Below are positions 11,001 to 21,064 of a stretch of 64,000 nucleotides of DNA, one piece after another. The DNA is from an alpha proteobacterium MED-G09 (lineage in GTDB: Bacteria > Pseudomonadota > Alphaproteobacteria > MED-G09). The notes beneath the pieces were generated by a model. The model did not search any database. It was not told the DNA's origin and saw nothing but the letters and a program-made list of their open reading frames with translations. Numbering within the stretch: position 1 is the first letter of the stretch; every line of letters begins with the position of its first letter. Location of the stretch: the NCBI GenBank assembly GCA_905182015.1, contig CAJIZT010000007.1:147570-211569 (forward strand), read 5' to 3'. The position numbers and the translations under genes are program-made.

Positions 11001-11172
11001 ACACATTGATTATAATTTAAACGTCAATTATGCTAATTCCAGGATACGCTTGGGAATAAATAATATTACTGATGAGAGGGCTCCTCTAGCTTCTGATATA
11101 TTTGGTTATTATTTTGATAAGCATGATAATTTAGGTAGATATTATTATATCGACTTAAGTTATAAATTTTAA
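8065..11172 (+). CDS. TonB-dependent outer-membrane receptor (large, about 1035 aa)
   Basis: N-terminal signal/TonB-box region (DDIVVVGSR), plug domain, a long beta-barrel with aromatic-rich strands, and a C-terminal YYYIDLSYKF ending in a terminal Phe. Confidence 0.85.
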   Translation: MKTLKHIRKKMITILSLKEKFNLHHVILIILVLFLPDNVISEEENIIDDIVVVGSRINNERLIKILPVTIIRSEEIELLGIDSGDDLIASLVEQGTNKFNDAGNAIAGVNSARGDMGAFNLRNMGTGNTLVLLNGRRLINSPSFQSESVGGSFVPVNSVNTNTLPVRGIERLEILRDGSSAIYGADAVAGVINVVTKKNIEGFALRVKATSFENFNRSDSQINFEYGSNFNSGNTKLSLIYSYYDRDPVKASEDERMGISNWRDLPQIAGTKWDTTRFRRSSINSPYGQFDVERSVKGFRFFNEQGLTDKSGEFEIFPDTEPKCLVDLKNGACIAADTSTKRYNLNTERWVISDLSRNNLQVNLSHDFTGGVRGFTELSYYSSETKQNNSPSTTFSSSKLIVPESNYWNPFGVKFLPDGTINPNRLNDSDAMGIPDEGLAIIMDNYRFVDVGPRRVNVEKDTYRLLQGFRGAWKGWDWETALFISKASSDDITSNRLSNTLVEESLSLSSPQAYNPFNGGGNYDDYLLYGKDQTSSGEGSIENAIIDVYRKGERELKGWDLRLENLNFLQINSGFIALVTGIEFREDSFKDDRDPRLDGTIQYTDSDGDTYPFVSDVINSSPTPDNSGKRDVFSAFIELAIPLISNEMNIPFVRSLDVQLAGRYEDFSDIGSKAVPKIGIGWQVDDEVMFRGSWSKGFRAPNLIQINESIGARQIYGVDALLCLQQINNNGTIDYCDYSLQKIARGSGELKAEESTNFSIGVVYEPKSIRNLIFTLDWWKIEKEDTIGLFGEDNIMLTDLVLRMESNNLTDCSLVQSSPFVFREDPDEGQIEDYLNAGICPAGRVSRVEESYQNLDTRILSGFDVSLYYSLKSSLGNFKFALNIAKLEEFKQQAGNDFIKLIDAQEKNIIPKELAISGFSDLLEKDGSPEMQASIRFLWSNGPLGLGFFAKHVGEFYETRNRLSDGTLWTVEDYNTINGHIDYNLNVNYANSRIRLGINNITDERAPLASDIFGYYFDKHDNLGRYYYIDLSYKF

Positions 11173-11176
11173 ACTA

Positions 11177-12340
11177 ATGAAAAAAATTCTTTTCTTTATA
11201 ATTTTTTTTTCAATAAATCCCTTATGTGCAGAGAATAATAATCTTAAGAAAGAATGTATTACAGATGTTGTAAAAATAGATTTTAACTTTTCTGGTACAG
11301 GAAATGTGTCGTGTAAAATTATTAACTCCCGCTACATCAAAATCATCATAAAGCCCGAGTTAGATGACTCGATTAATCCAAGCCCATGGTTTAGTTTTAG
11401 GAAGTCAAAACACTCTGAAAGTATAAAGGTAGAGCTAGATTATATGGATTATAGTCATAGGTATTATCCCAAGGTAAGTACTGATAAAATACTTTGGAAA
11501 AGCATTGATAAATCATCTATTTCACTAAGTAAAAAAGATAAAGTTATAGTCATTGATTTTCCACCCTCCGTTCGGCAAGAATATATTGCCTCACAAGAGC
11601 TAGTAACAGAAATCTGGTATTATGATTGGTACGATAAGCTTGAGGGCTCTGGCAAAGTGAAGGCCGAGGTTATTGGATTTTCAGTTTTAAGAAAACCAAT
11701 CATTATGTTCTCTGTGGAAGGTGATACAAAAAATCCCTATATACTTATTATAGGAAGACAGCACCCTCCTGAAGTTACGGGTGTATTCGCAATTAAAAGT
11801 TTTATTAATGAATTAATATCAAGCAATGAGCTATCAGAAAATTTCCTCTCTCAATATAATGTTATTTTTATTCCACTTATGAATCCTGATGGAGTTGAAA
11901 ATGGATATTGGAGATATAATGAAAATAAAAAAGATCTGAATCGTGATTGGGGCAAATTTTCTCAACCTGAGACAATCGCGGTTAACCAACAATTGAATAA
12001 ATTTGTCACCAATAGAAGGCTAATTCTTTTTATTGATTTTCACTCTACATATAAAAATATTTTTTATATTTCTGATACCTTTAATAGCTCCATCAAGAAG
12101 GAATTTTTAAAATATTGGCTAGATGATTCAAGTGCTGATTTATTAAATTTGGGCTATGATTATTTAATTATTAATTCTAAAGCTATAAAAAATGGCGTTG
12201 CAAAAAATTATATTCATAATAAATTTAAAGTACCTTCAGTAACATATGAAGTTTCTGATACTGAGAATAGGGATAAAATTAAAAAATCTTCATCTATATT
12301 AGCAAAAAAAATGATGGAAAATCTTTTAAAATTGGATTGA
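11177..12340 (+). CDS. secreted M14-family zinc carboxypeptidase
   Basis: Signal peptide MKKILFFIIFFSINPLCA. M14 motifs PYILIIGRQHPPEVTG (HxxE Zn ligands), NPDG, NRDW and FIDFHS (third His). It starts 4 bp after the TBDR stop. Confidence 0.6.
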   Translation: MKKILFFIIFFSINPLCAENNNLKKECITDVVKIDFNFSGTGNVSCKIINSRYIKIIIKPELDDSINPSPWFSFRKSKHSESIKVELDYMDYSHRYYPKVSTDKILWKSIDKSSISLSKKDKVIVIDFPPSVRQEYIASQELVTEIWYYDWYDKLEGSGKVKAEVIGFSVLRKPIIMFSVEGDTKNPYILIIGRQHPPEVTGVFAIKSFINELISSNELSENFLSQYNVIFIPLMNPDGVENGYWRYNENKKDLNRDWGKFSQPETIAVNQQLNKFVTNRRLILFIDFHSTYKNIFYISDTFNSSIKKEFLKYWLDDSSADLLNLGYDYLIINSKAIKNGVAKNYIHNKFKVPSVTYEVSDTENRDKIKKSSSILAKKMMENLLKLD

Positions 12341-12346
12341 ATGGTA

Positions 12347-12436
12347 TGGCGGAGAGGAAGGGATTCGAACCCCCGAGACGGTTACCCGCCTACACACTTT
12401 CCAAGCGCGCGCCTTCGACCACTCGGCCACCTCTCC
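12347..12436 (-). tRNA. tRNA-Ser (anticodon GGA)
   Basis: The reverse complement folds as a type II tRNA: GGAGAGG acceptor stem, anticodon loop UUGGAAA, long variable arm, T-arm GGGGGTTCGAATCCCTT, and 3' GCCA. Confidence 0.9.
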
Positions 12437-12455
12437 ATGTTATGACATACTACAA

Positions 12456-14258
12456 TTAATTCTCATCAAATTTAAGCGCAGAAATGAATGCCTCCTGAGG
12501 AATGTTTACTCTTCCAAATTCACGCATTCTTTTCTTACCCTTCTTTTGTTTTTCTAGAAGCTTCTTCTTACGTGTAACATCGCCGCCGTATAATTTTTCT
12601 GTAACATCCTTCCTGAAAGGAGGAATTGTCTCCCTCGCAACCACTTTAGCACCTATAGCTGCTTGAACAGGAACTTTAAATTGATGACGGGGTATCAAGT
12701 CTTTGAGTTTTTTGCACATAGCTCTTCCACGCATATCTGCTCTTTCCGCATGTACAATAATTGATAAAGCATCAACAACTTCTGAATTGACTAGAATTGT
12801 CATTTTTACAAGTTTTTCTGCTTTATAAGAATCCATTTGCCAATCAAAACTAGCGTAACCACTTGAAATAGATTTTAAGCGGTCATAAAAATCAAAAACA
12901 ACCTCATTGAGAGGTAGATTGTAAACAACCATGGCTCTATTCCCGGCATACGTAAGCTCGACTTGATCCCCCCTTCTGTCTTGGCACAACTTTAATACCG
13001 CACCCAAGTATTCATCAGGAACTAATATTGTTGCCTTAATCCACGGTTCTTCAATATAGCTAATTAGACTGGGGTCAGGCATGTCAGCAGGATTATGAAG
13101 GTCTATGTAGCTTCCGTCATTAAGGTATATTTTATAAATAACACTTGGTGCGGTTGTTATTAAATCAATATCAAATTCTCTTTCAATTCTCTCTCGGACA
13201 ATTTCCAGATGGAGAAGTCCAAGGAAACCACATCGAAAGCCGAATCCAAGTGCGGCTGAATTTTCAGTTTCATGTTGGAAACTAGAATCATTAAGGCTTA
13301 ATTTTTCTATAGATTCCCTTAGATCTTCGAATTCTCCACTGTCAACAGGAAATAAGCCACAAAAAACTGATGGCTGTGATGGTCTAAACCCCTTTAGAAT
13401 ATCTTTACAGGGCCTTCTGTCATCAGTGATTGTATCGCCAACCTGAGTATCAGAGACAGTTTTGATACCTGCTATTATATAACCTAATTCTCCAGGCCCT
13501 AATCTATTAACCGATACTTTTTTAGGGGTAAATACCCCTATGTCATCGATTTCATACGTACTATTGGTTCCTAACATTTTTATTTTCTGACCCTTAGTTA
13601 GCTCCCCGTCAATAACCCTTACTAAAACAACAACCCCAAGGTAAGAATCATACCAGCTGTCGACTAAAAGTGCCTTTGTGGGTTCATCAGTAGAGCCAAT
13701 TGGAGGATTTAATCTATTTATTATTGCTTCAAAAATATCATCAATACCTTCCCCGGTTTTGGCGGATACAAATATCGCATCAGAAGCATCAATCCCAATC
13801 ACATCTTCGATTTGTTTACATACCTTTTCAGGCTCTGCTGCCGGAAGGTCTATCTTATTTATTATAGGAATAATCTCGTGATCTAACTCAATAGCTTTAT
13901 AAACATTAGCAAGAGTTTGTGCTTCTACACCTTGTGTTGAGTCAACTACTAGAATTGAACCCTCACAAGCAGATAGTGACCGGCTAACCTCATAAGCAAA
14001 ATCAACATGTCCAGGGGTATCTATAAGGTTTAGTTGAAATATTTCATTATTTTTCGCTTTATATTCGAGTCGAACAGTTTGGGCTTTTATTGTAATGCCC
14101 CGCTCACGTTCAATATCCATAGTATCCAGAACTTGTTCTTTCATTTCTCTTTCTGTTAAACCATCGCAACTCTGTATTAACCTATCAGCCAATGTTGATT
14201 TACCATGATCAATATGAGCAATTATTGAAAAGTTACGAATATTTTTAATATCTGTCAT
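12456..14258 (-). CDS. lepA: elongation factor 4 (LepA)
   Basis: 600-aa ORF with [22 protein letters not shown]1 motif, [14 protein letters not shown], and the LepA-specific C-terminal domain. Confidence 0.95.
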   Translation of the reverse strand: MTDIKNIRNFSIIAHIDHGKSTLADRLIQSCDGLTEREMKEQVLDTMDIERERGITIKAQTVRLEYKAKNNEIFQLNLIDTPGHVDFAYEVSRSLSACEGSILVVDSTQGVEAQTLANVYKAIELDHEIIPIINKIDLPAAEPEKVCKQIEDVIGIDASDAIFVSAKTGEGIDDIFEAIINRLNPPIGSTDEPTKALLVDSWYDSYLGVVVLVRVIDGELTKGQKIKMLGTNSTYEIDDIGVFTPKKVSVNRLGPGELGYIIAGIKTVSDTQVGDTITDDRRPCKDILKGFRPSQPSVFCGLFPVDSGEFEDLRESIEKLSLNDSSFQHETENSAALGFGFRCGFLGLLHLEIVRERIEREFDIDLITTAPSVIYKIYLNDGSYIDLHNPADMPDPSLISYIEEPWIKATILVPDEYLGAVLKLCQDRRGDQVELTYAGNRAMVVYNLPLNEVVFDFYDRLKSISSGYASFDWQMDSYKAEKLVKMTILVNSEVVDALSIIVHAERADMRGRAMCKKLKDLIPRHQFKVPVQAAIGAKVVARETIPPFRKDVTEKLYGGDVTRKKKLLEKQKKGKKRMREFGRVNIPQEAFISALKFDEN

Positions 14259-14290
14259 TGATGAAGGTATATCATAAAAAAAAATTAAAA

Positions 14291-16672
14291 CTAGCTACGC
14301 AATTTTCCTTTGGTTCGATCTTCGACTGACTTAATAATCTTTTGTGAAATAGTTTCTATTTGAGTATCAGTTAAGGTATCTTCTTTTGGCTGTATGATGA
14401 CCTCAATAGCTATCGACTTTTCGTCATCACCGAGGAATTGATCAAAAATTCTTACATCCTTAATAAACCTCTGGTCACTTTGCCTGGCTGCTGTAATTAT
14501 CGTTTGAGCTTGTGTATCATTTGAAACTACAAAAGAAAAATCTCTCTTTAAGGATTGTAGATTTGATATATCTGGAGCTGCATTTATTTTTGTTTTGAGC
14601 TTTTGATCACCTATTGAATCAATATAGATTTCAAACGCAACAGCAGTTTTAAAATCCCTATCTTTGATAATTTTTGGATGGAGCTCGCCAAAAGATGCTA
14701 AAATATCACCTCCCCCAGTAATGATTTGACCCGAACGGCCAGGGTGATAATGTTTAGGAGCTGTACGTTCTACTTTATTACTATTAAGATTTAAATTTAA
14801 TAACTCTAGAACTGATATTACGTCTTCCTTAACATCAAAAACATTAGCATTCTCAAACCCTCGCCAATCCTTTCCGGATCCTTGACTTCTATGTGTTCCC
14901 ACCCTTAATCCTGATGCTATTGTAATTTGATTCTCTGGTTCAATTCCTTTAAATCCCGGCCCCACTTCAAAAATTCCAATATCTTGATAACCCCTTTTAT
15001 AATTTTGATCTGCATAAGTTACTAGGGAGGCGAGAGGAGTTGGACGCATTTCTGATAGTTCATCTGAAATCGGATTCATGATTTTCAAACTACTACTACC
15101 TCCTCCAAACTCTATGGCATCCCTACTATTAACAAAGGAGTAAGATATAGTTTCCATAAGACCTCTCGAGGCAATAGCTCTTCTTGCCATTTTAGTCTGC
15201 TTTTGTTTTTTTGTTAAAATGGGCTTTGATGGTTGATCGTAGTTTAATAGTGGTTCAGATTTAATATTACTTAAACCAAAGATTCTTACAATCTCCTCCA
15301 CAAGATCAGCTTGCCCAAAAATATCTGGACGCCAAGAGGGAATGATCACATTCCATGAATCTGATACATTGAAACCAAGGGACGTAAGTATCTTGACAAT
15401 TTCTTTATTTGGAATCTCTATTCCTGTTAATTTACTAACAAGCTGTGGGTTAAATTTTATTTCCTTCGATTTAAATTTTAAGTTATCAACCATAGAGACT
15501 TCTCCTGCCTCACCGCCGCATAAATCTAATATCATTTGGGTTGCTAAATTAAGCCCTTCAACCACATATTCAGGATCAACACCTCTTTCAAACCTGTAGC
15601 GTGAATCTGAAACAATATTTAATGTGCGTCCAGTTTGTGCAGTTTTTATGGGGTCAAAATAAGCAGATTCTAAAAAAACATCTGTTGTTTTGATTTTTGA
15701 GCTAGATTCTTCCCCACCCATAATTCCACCAATTCCAAGTATTTTTTCGTCATCAGCAATTACACACATTCCTGGTCTTAACTCGTACTCCTTACCATCA
15801 AGTGCTAAGAATCTTTCACCATTTTTTGCATCTCTAGCTCCAATTTGATTAAAAATTTTATTTGCATCATAGACATGTAAGGGCCTTCCTCTATCAAAAT
15901 TAATAAAGTTTGTTATATCTACAAGGCAGTTAATAGATTTCAAGCCTATTGATTCTAAGCGCCTTATAAGCCAATCGGGACTTTTATTATTTTTAATATT
16001 TTTTATTAATCTACCTGAGAATATTGAACATCCACTATCATTTTCTTGATTATCTGCGAATACCGAAATATTATCCTTTAGTGAATCAATTTTATTTGTA
16101 TTTTTTTGTATGAGCCTTCCTAGTCCTGCAGCAGCTAGGTCTCTTGCTATCCCATAAACACCAAGGCAATCGGGTCTATTAGGTGTTATTGCAATTTCTA
16201 TATGAGTATCATTTATATCTAAAGCTTGAGCAATGGGAGTTCCTGCCTTCATCTCATTAGGTAGCTCTGTTATACCTTCTGAATCATTCCCTAGGCCAAG
16301 CTCTTTTTTAGAGCAAAGCATTCCTAAAGATTCGACACCTCTAATTTTTACTTTTTTAAGCTTTAAGCCTGACTCAGGTATAGTACTTCCTATTGGCGCA
16401 TATATAGTAGTTAGATTTTCTATTGCATTTCTTGCGCCACACACAATCTCTATTTCTTCAGTTCCTGTGTCAACTAAGCAGAGTTGTAACCTATCTGCAT
16501 CTGGATGTGACCTTGTAGATATAATTTTTGCTACGATAAAATCAGTTAAACTTTCGGCTGGATTATAAGAATTTTCAACTTCGAGTCCAATATTAGTCAA
16601 TGTTTTTAGTATTGTACCTGTATCAGCATTAGTATCGAGATGTTGTTTTAACCAAGATAGTGTAAATTTCAT
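14291..16672 (-). CDS. pheT: phenylalanine--tRNA ligase beta subunit
   Basis: 793-aa ORF with tRNA-binding N-terminus, B3/B4, B5 and FDX-ACB domains. It is directly downstream of pheS with a 4-bp overlap. Confidence 0.95.
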   Translation of the reverse strand: MKFTLSWLKQHLDTNADTGTILKTLTNIGLEVENSYNPAESLTDFIVAKIISTRSHPDADRLQLCLVDTGTEEIEIVCGARNAIENLTTIYAPIGSTIPESGLKLKKVKIRGVESLGMLCSKKELGLGNDSEGITELPNEMKAGTPIAQALDINDTHIEIAITPNRPDCLGVYGIARDLAAAGLGRLIQKNTNKIDSLKDNISVFADNQENDSGCSIFSGRLIKNIKNNKSPDWLIRRLESIGLKSINCLVDITNFINFDRGRPLHVYDANKIFNQIGARDAKNGERFLALDGKEYELRPGMCVIADDEKILGIGGIMGGEESSSKIKTTDVFLESAYFDPIKTAQTGRTLNIVSDSRYRFERGVDPEYVVEGLNLATQMILDLCGGEAGEVSMVDNLKFKSKEIKFNPQLVSKLTGIEIPNKEIVKILTSLGFNVSDSWNVIIPSWRPDIFGQADLVEEIVRIFGLSNIKSEPLLNYDQPSKPILTKKQKQTKMARRAIASRGLMETISYSFVNSRDAIEFGGGSSSLKIMNPISDELSEMRPTPLASLVTYADQNYKRGYQDIGIFEVGPGFKGIEPENQITIASGLRVGTHRSQGSGKDWRGFENANVFDVKEDVISVLELLNLNLNSNKVERTAPKHYHPGRSGQIITGGGDILASFGELHPKIIKDRDFKTAVAFEIYIDSIGDQKLKTKINAAPDISNLQSLKRDFSFVVSNDTQAQTIITAARQSDQRFIKDVRIFDQFLGDDEKSIAIEVIIQPKEDTLTDTQIETISQKIIKSVEDRTKGKLRS

Positions 16673-17754
16673 TTTTTCAGACCTCTTGATAGGGTTGGTA
16701 TATCAAGAAATGAGAATCCATAATGATTTAACCACCTTACGTCGCCATTAAAAAATGTTCTAAGATCAGGTATGCCATATTTCAATTGCGCCAGTCTATC
16801 AACGCCAAGGCCAAATGCAAAACCTTGATATTTGTTAGGATCAATGTTTGCTGCTTTCAATACTTCACTGTGCACCATTCCAGCGCCCGCAACCTCGAGC
16901 CAGTCAGAGCCTTCGCCAACCTTAAGGACCGAACCAGACCTATCACATAAAACATCAACCTCAAGAGATGGTTCGGTAAATGGAAAATAACTTGGTCTAA
17001 GTTGAATTTTTATAGTGTCTATTTCAAAAAAAGATTTAAAGAATGTTTCTAGAGTCCACTTTAAATGACCGAGATGAGTTTTTTCATCCACTACTAAGCC
17101 TTCGATTTGATGAAACATGGGTGTGTGTGTTTGATCGGAATCACATCTATAAGTTCTTCCTGGTGAAATAAATTTATAAGGCGGCTCTTCTTTTTCCATA
17201 GTCCTAACCTGAACAGGGCTTGTATGTGTTCTCAGAACAAGGCTTTCATCGTTAATGTTTTTATTGGGCAAGTAGAAAGTATCATGCATTTGTCTTGCTG
17301 GATGAGATTCTGGAATATTAAGAGCATTAAAATTATAGTGCTCAGTCTCTATGTCTGGCCCCTCATTTATCTGATAACCAAGAGAGCCAAAGATTTCTGA
17401 TATTTCATCCATAACTTGTGATACGGGATGAATTTTACCTGTTATAGTTTGTTGGGCTTGAACTGGTAAGCTTACATCGACCCTTTCTTTAAGGAGTCGT
17501 TTATTTAATTCAACATCAACTAATTCATTTTTCTTTTTTGAAATTGAATCAGAGATTATATTTTTAAGGTTATTAAGCTTTGAGCCCTTTTCTTTCTTAT
17601 CTTCAGGGCTTAAGTGGCTAAGTTCTTTCATTAATAATGAAATACGGCCTTTCTTACCTAACTCTTCAACACGAATCTTCTCAATGATATCTTGATCATT
17701 GGCAGAGTTAATTGCACTTAGAATTTCTTTTTCTAGTATTACAGTATCAATCAT
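16669..17754 (-). CDS. pheS: phenylalanine--tRNA ligase alpha subunit
   Basis: 361-aa ORF with class II aaRS motifs (FRPSYFPFTEPS, GAGMVH ... GFAFGLGVDRLA). Confidence 0.95.
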   Translation of the reverse strand: MIDTVILEKEILSAINSANDQDIIEKIRVEELGKKGRISLLMKELSHLSPEDKKEKGSKLNNLKNIISDSISKKKNELVDVELNKRLLKERVDVSLPVQAQQTITGKIHPVSQVMDEISEIFGSLGYQINEGPDIETEHYNFNALNIPESHPARQMHDTFYLPNKNINDESLVLRTHTSPVQVRTMEKEEPPYKFISPGRTYRCDSDQTHTPMFHQIEGLVVDEKTHLGHLKWTLETFFKSFFEIDTIKIQLRPSYFPFTEPSLEVDVLCDRSGSVLKVGEGSDWLEVAGAGMVHSEVLKAANIDPNKYQGFAFGLGVDRLAQLKYGIPDLRTFFNGDVRWLNHYGFSFLDIPTLSRGLKK

Positions 17755-17813
17755 TAAGTTTCATCCAAGAACTATAAATGCATTAAATAATGAAGTTTAA
17801 CACAAGTTAAGTT

Positions 17814-18170
17814 TTATTTTAATGAAGCTTGAGCTTTTTCTACTAATTTTTGAAAAGTAATAGCATCAGATATTGCAAGTTCTGCAAGAACCTTCCTATC
17901 AATTTCAATACCAGCCTTAGTTAAGCCATTAATAAATTGTCCATATGTTGAACCATTTAAACGTGCCGCAGCATTTATTCTTTGTACCCATAAAGATCTA
18001 AAGTTTCTCTTTCTAACTTTTCTGTCTCTGTAGGCATACTGACCTGCCTTCTCAACTGCTTGATTGGCAATCCTGAAGGTATTTTTTCTTCTTCCCCAAT
18101 AGCCTTTAGCACTTTTTATAATTTTTCTATGTCTAGCGTGACTTGCTGGACCACCTTTTACACGAGCCAT
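17814..18170 (-). CDS. rplT: 50S ribosomal protein L20
   Basis: 118-aa ORF, MARVKGG ... [16 protein letters not shown], a canonical L20. Confidence 0.95.
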   Translation of the reverse strand: MARVKGGPASHARHRKIIKSAKGYWGRRKNTFRIANQAVEKAGQYAYRDRKVRKRNFRSLWVQRINAAARLNGSTYGQFINGLTKAGIEIDRKVLAELAISDAITFQKLVEKAQASLK

Positions 18171-18180
18171 CTCAATCTCC

Positions 18181-18378
18181 CTATGCGTATGGCAGGAATT
18201 TTTTTACAACCCTGCTGTCAGAATTGGAAAGGATTGTAGTCCCTCGTTTATTCCGGATTTGTTTTGGACTTTTGTTAATCATGCCATGTCTCTTACCGAC
18301 CTGTGCTCGACTAACTTTACCTGAAGCTGTAATTTTGAAGCGCTTTTTTGCTCCACTTTTTGTCTTTAACTTGGGCAT
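18181..18378 (-). CDS. rpmI: 50S ribosomal protein L35
   Basis: 65-aa [25 protein letters not shown], a canonical L35, lying 10 bp upstream of rplT. Confidence 0.9.
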   Translation of the reverse strand: MPKLKTKSGAKKRFKITASGKVSRAQVGKRHGMINKSPKQIRNKRGTTILSNSDSRVVKKFLPYA

Positions 18379-18428
18379 TTTGCATTCTCCTATATTTAAA
18401 TATCATTGAAGGAATAAGCTTTTTAGAT

Positions 18429-18466
18429 AACCACGGCATGCCCTGCCGGATCATCTACAGGTGGTT
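18429..18466 (-). promoter_or_regulatory. GC-rich imperfect hairpin in the infC-rpmI spacer (candidate L20-responsive leader or attenuator element)
   Basis: AACCAC GGCATGC CCTG CCGGATCATCTA CAGG TGGTT: an outer 5-bp stem encloses a 4-bp inner stem. It is the only GC-rich block in a 124-bp AT-rich spacer. Confidence 0.3.
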
Positions 18467-18502
18467 TATATTACTTTTAATATTATTTCAACCAAAGAAA
18501 TA

Positions 18503-19039
18503 TTATCTAGGTGCTAAAACCATAATCATCTGTCGACCCTCAAACTTAGGAGCGAGTTCTAATTTGGCAATTGGCTCTATTTCGTCCTTAACTTTTTGTA
18601 ACAGGGAAGTACCTCTGTCTTGGTGGGCCATTTCTCTTCCTCGAAACCTAAGGGTAATCTTGACCTTATCACCTTCCGATAGAAATTTATGAACACTTCG
18701 CATTTTTACTTGATAATCATGGACATCTATATTCGGACGAAGTTTGATTTCTTTGATGGCAATAGTTTTTTGCTTCTTTTTTGCTTGGTTGGCTTTTTTT
18801 TGACTTTCGAATTTATATTTCCCGTAATCCATCACCTTACAGACAGGTGGATTTGTCTTGGGGGATATTTCAACAAGATCGAGTCCTTGTTGTTTCGATA
18901 CTTCAATCGCCTCGGGAGTTGATACGTTTCCTCTTTTTTCACCAGAAGCATCTATTAATAAGACTTCTTCTGCGGTAATTTGTTCATTGACGCGCGGTCC
19001 TTTGGAGGAAGGCGGTGTCGAGCTATATTGTCTACTTAT
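18503..19039 (-). CDS. infC: translation initiation factor IF-3 (non-AUG start)
   Basis: The C-terminal domain ORF ([10 protein letters not shown]...) continues in frame upstream through ...[57 protein letters not shown] until an in-frame stop at 19085-19087, with no ATG. The start is probably ATA at 19037-19039 or ATC at 19076-19078, so the 5' end is uncertain. Confidence 0.8.
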   Translation of the reverse strand: MSRQYSSTPPSSKGPRVNEQITAEEVLLIDASGEKRGNVSTPEAIEVSKQQGLDLVEISPKTNPPVCKVMDYGKYKFESQKKANQAKKKQKTIAIKEIKLRPNIDVHDYQVKMRSVHKFLSEGDKVKITLRFRGREMAHQDRGTSLLQKVKDEIEPIAKLELAPKFEGRQMIMVLAPR

Positions 19040-19107
19040 GGATTCTTCTCCTTTTTTATTAAATTTAGTCCCTAAGATTGCTTTCTACACTAGTCATGTC
19101 AAGAAAT

Positions 19108-20286
19108 TCATTTAGAAATTAACAATCTATTATAAACCTCTAGTGTTTTCTTACACATACTTTCAAGTGAAAAATTATTTTTTACATTTAGAATGGCTCT
19201 TTTATGGATCTCTGATAGTTCAGATTCTTTCATCTGTAATACCAATTTTATTTCCTTAGCAAGCGCCTCACTATTGTTTGGCCTTACCTTAAACCCAGTA
19301 GAATTTAAACCACCCTTTATAGTATCTTTTACGGCACCACTATTACTTGAAATTATTGTTTTTCCAGAAGCTTGAGCTTCTATAGGGATTCTTCCAAAAG
19401 GCTCTGGCTCAATAGAGGGGGATAAAATTATATCAGATGCTCGATATGCTAAAGGCATATTTTCAACTTTACCTATTAACTTTATTTGGTTTTCAATTGA
19501 ATAAGAGGAAATCACTTTCTTAAGCTCCTCTATATACTTATCACTACCTTTTTGTTCCCCAGCAAAAAGACAAATGATATCAGAGAAAAATTTCTCTTCT
19601 TTCAGGGAGTTGATTGCCTTGATTGCAATTAAGTGACCTTTCCATTTTGTTAATCGAGCAGGTAAAAGTAGTATAATTTTTTTTGGGTCAACGACATTCC
19701 ACTTTTTTCTTATATTAATAATCTGTTCTTCTGAAAAGTTCGATTTTTTAAAGTTTCTAATATCTACGCCTCTGGGTATTATATCGATGCTGCTGTTATC
19801 TATACCATATATTTTATTAATTCTTTCTGCTGTATATTGAGAGTTTGCTATTAAGGCATCTCCTTTGCACATGATGGAGTTATATTTCTTCTTAAACCAG
19901 GACGATTGATTAACATGACCGTGCCATGTCGTGATGACTGGTATACTTAAAATTTTTGCAGCAAGAATTGCAGACCATGCCGGACCTCTTGATCGAACAT
20001 GAACAAGGTCAATTTTTTTTTCGATAAATATTTTTTTAAAAACAAAAATATTTTTTATAATTGAAAGTGGATTTTTTCTATCGATTTGACGCTTGATTAC
20101 TTCTATGTTTAATTTTTTAAGATCTTCAGTTAGTTTTCCTCCAGAGGTGAGGACAATTGATGAATAATTAGTGTTTTTTAGAAATGCGGTTATCTCTATT
20201 ACAGTTCGTTCGGCTCCACCTATTTCCATATTAGGAATTATTTGTAATATTCTTTTATTTTTATTATCAGAATCTGAATTTGACAT
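19108..20286 (-). CDS. glycosyltransferase family 4 (GT1-type fold)
   Basis: 392-aa ORF with C-terminal EPFGRIPIEAQASGKTIISSNSGAVKDTI (GT4 E-x7-E nucleotide-sugar binding motif). Confidence 0.7.
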   Translation of the reverse strand: MSNSDSDNKNKRILQIIPNMEIGGAERTVIEITAFLKNTNYSSIVLTSGGKLTEDLKKLNIEVIKRQIDRKNPLSIIKNIFVFKKIFIEKKIDLVHVRSRGPAWSAILAAKILSIPVITTWHGHVNQSSWFKKKYNSIMCKGDALIANSQYTAERINKIYGIDNSSIDIIPRGVDIRNFKKSNFSEEQIINIRKKWNVVDPKKIILLLPARLTKWKGHLIAIKAINSLKEEKFFSDIICLFAGEQKGSDKYIEELKKVISSYSIENQIKLIGKVENMPLAYRASDIILSPSIEPEPFGRIPIEAQASGKTIISSNSGAVKDTIKGGLNSTGFKVRPNNSEALAKEIKLVLQMKESELSEIHKRAILNVKNNFSLESMCKKTLEVYNRLLISK

Positions 20287-20299
20287 ATAAAATACACCT

Positions 20300-21064
20300 A
20301 TGAAAAAAATACACGATACATTAAAAACCGCAAATGATAATTCTATAGCGTATATTTATGATTATAGCCTTGATAATAAATATAATCTTATTTGGTTTGG
20401 GGGGTTACACTCCCACATGCATGGGACTAAAGCTAGTGCAATTTCTAGTTATGCAGAACAAAATGGTCTTAATTTATGTAGATTCGATTACTCTGGTCAC
20501 GGAGAGTCATCGGGAGAATTTAAGGATTGTAATATTTCTGGGTGGATAAATGATAGTTTATCAATTATTGACGAAATTTGCCTAGGACCACAAATTTTTA
20601 TTGGATCTTCCATGGGCGGATGGCTTGCCTTACTGACAGCACTCAAAAGAAAAGATAAAGTTTCTGGTATTATTTTATTGGCTCCAGCAGTAGATATGAC
20701 GGAAATTTTAATGTGGGATAGTTTTAAAGAAGATGAAAAAGAATTGATTTGCAATCAAGGCTATTTAGAGAAATCTTCTGAAGGGTATGATTCAAGTTAC
20801 CTTATAACATCACAGCTAATAAAGGATGGACGTAAACATTTGTTATTAAATAATCCCATCATCTTAGATTGTCCGATAAAGATTATTCATGGAATGAAAG
20901 ACCAATCTGTTCCTTGGGATTTGTCATTAAGGGTAAGTGAATCTTTAAGCTCAACCTCTGTTGTAAAAACCTTTATTAAAGATGCTGATCATAGTCTTTC
21001 AAGAAAAGATGATCTTAATTATTTATTTCTTTCAATTAAAGAAATGATCAAGATTGCCTATTGA
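20300..21064 (+). CDS. alpha/beta-fold hydrolase
   Basis: 254-aa ORF with nucleophile elbow GSSMGGW and catalytic His near the C-terminus (DADHSL). Confidence 0.6.
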   Translation: MKKIHDTLKTANDNSIAYIYDYSLDNKYNLIWFGGLHSHMHGTKASAISSYAEQNGLNLCRFDYSGHGESSGEFKDCNISGWINDSLSIIDEICLGPQIFIGSSMGGWLALLTALKRKDKVSGIILLAPAVDMTEILMWDSFKEDEKELICNQGYLEKSSEGYDSSYLITSQLIKDGRKHLLLNNPIILDCPIKIIHGMKDQSVPWDLSLRVSESLSSTSVVKTFIKDADHSLSRKDDLNYLFLSIKEMIKIAY

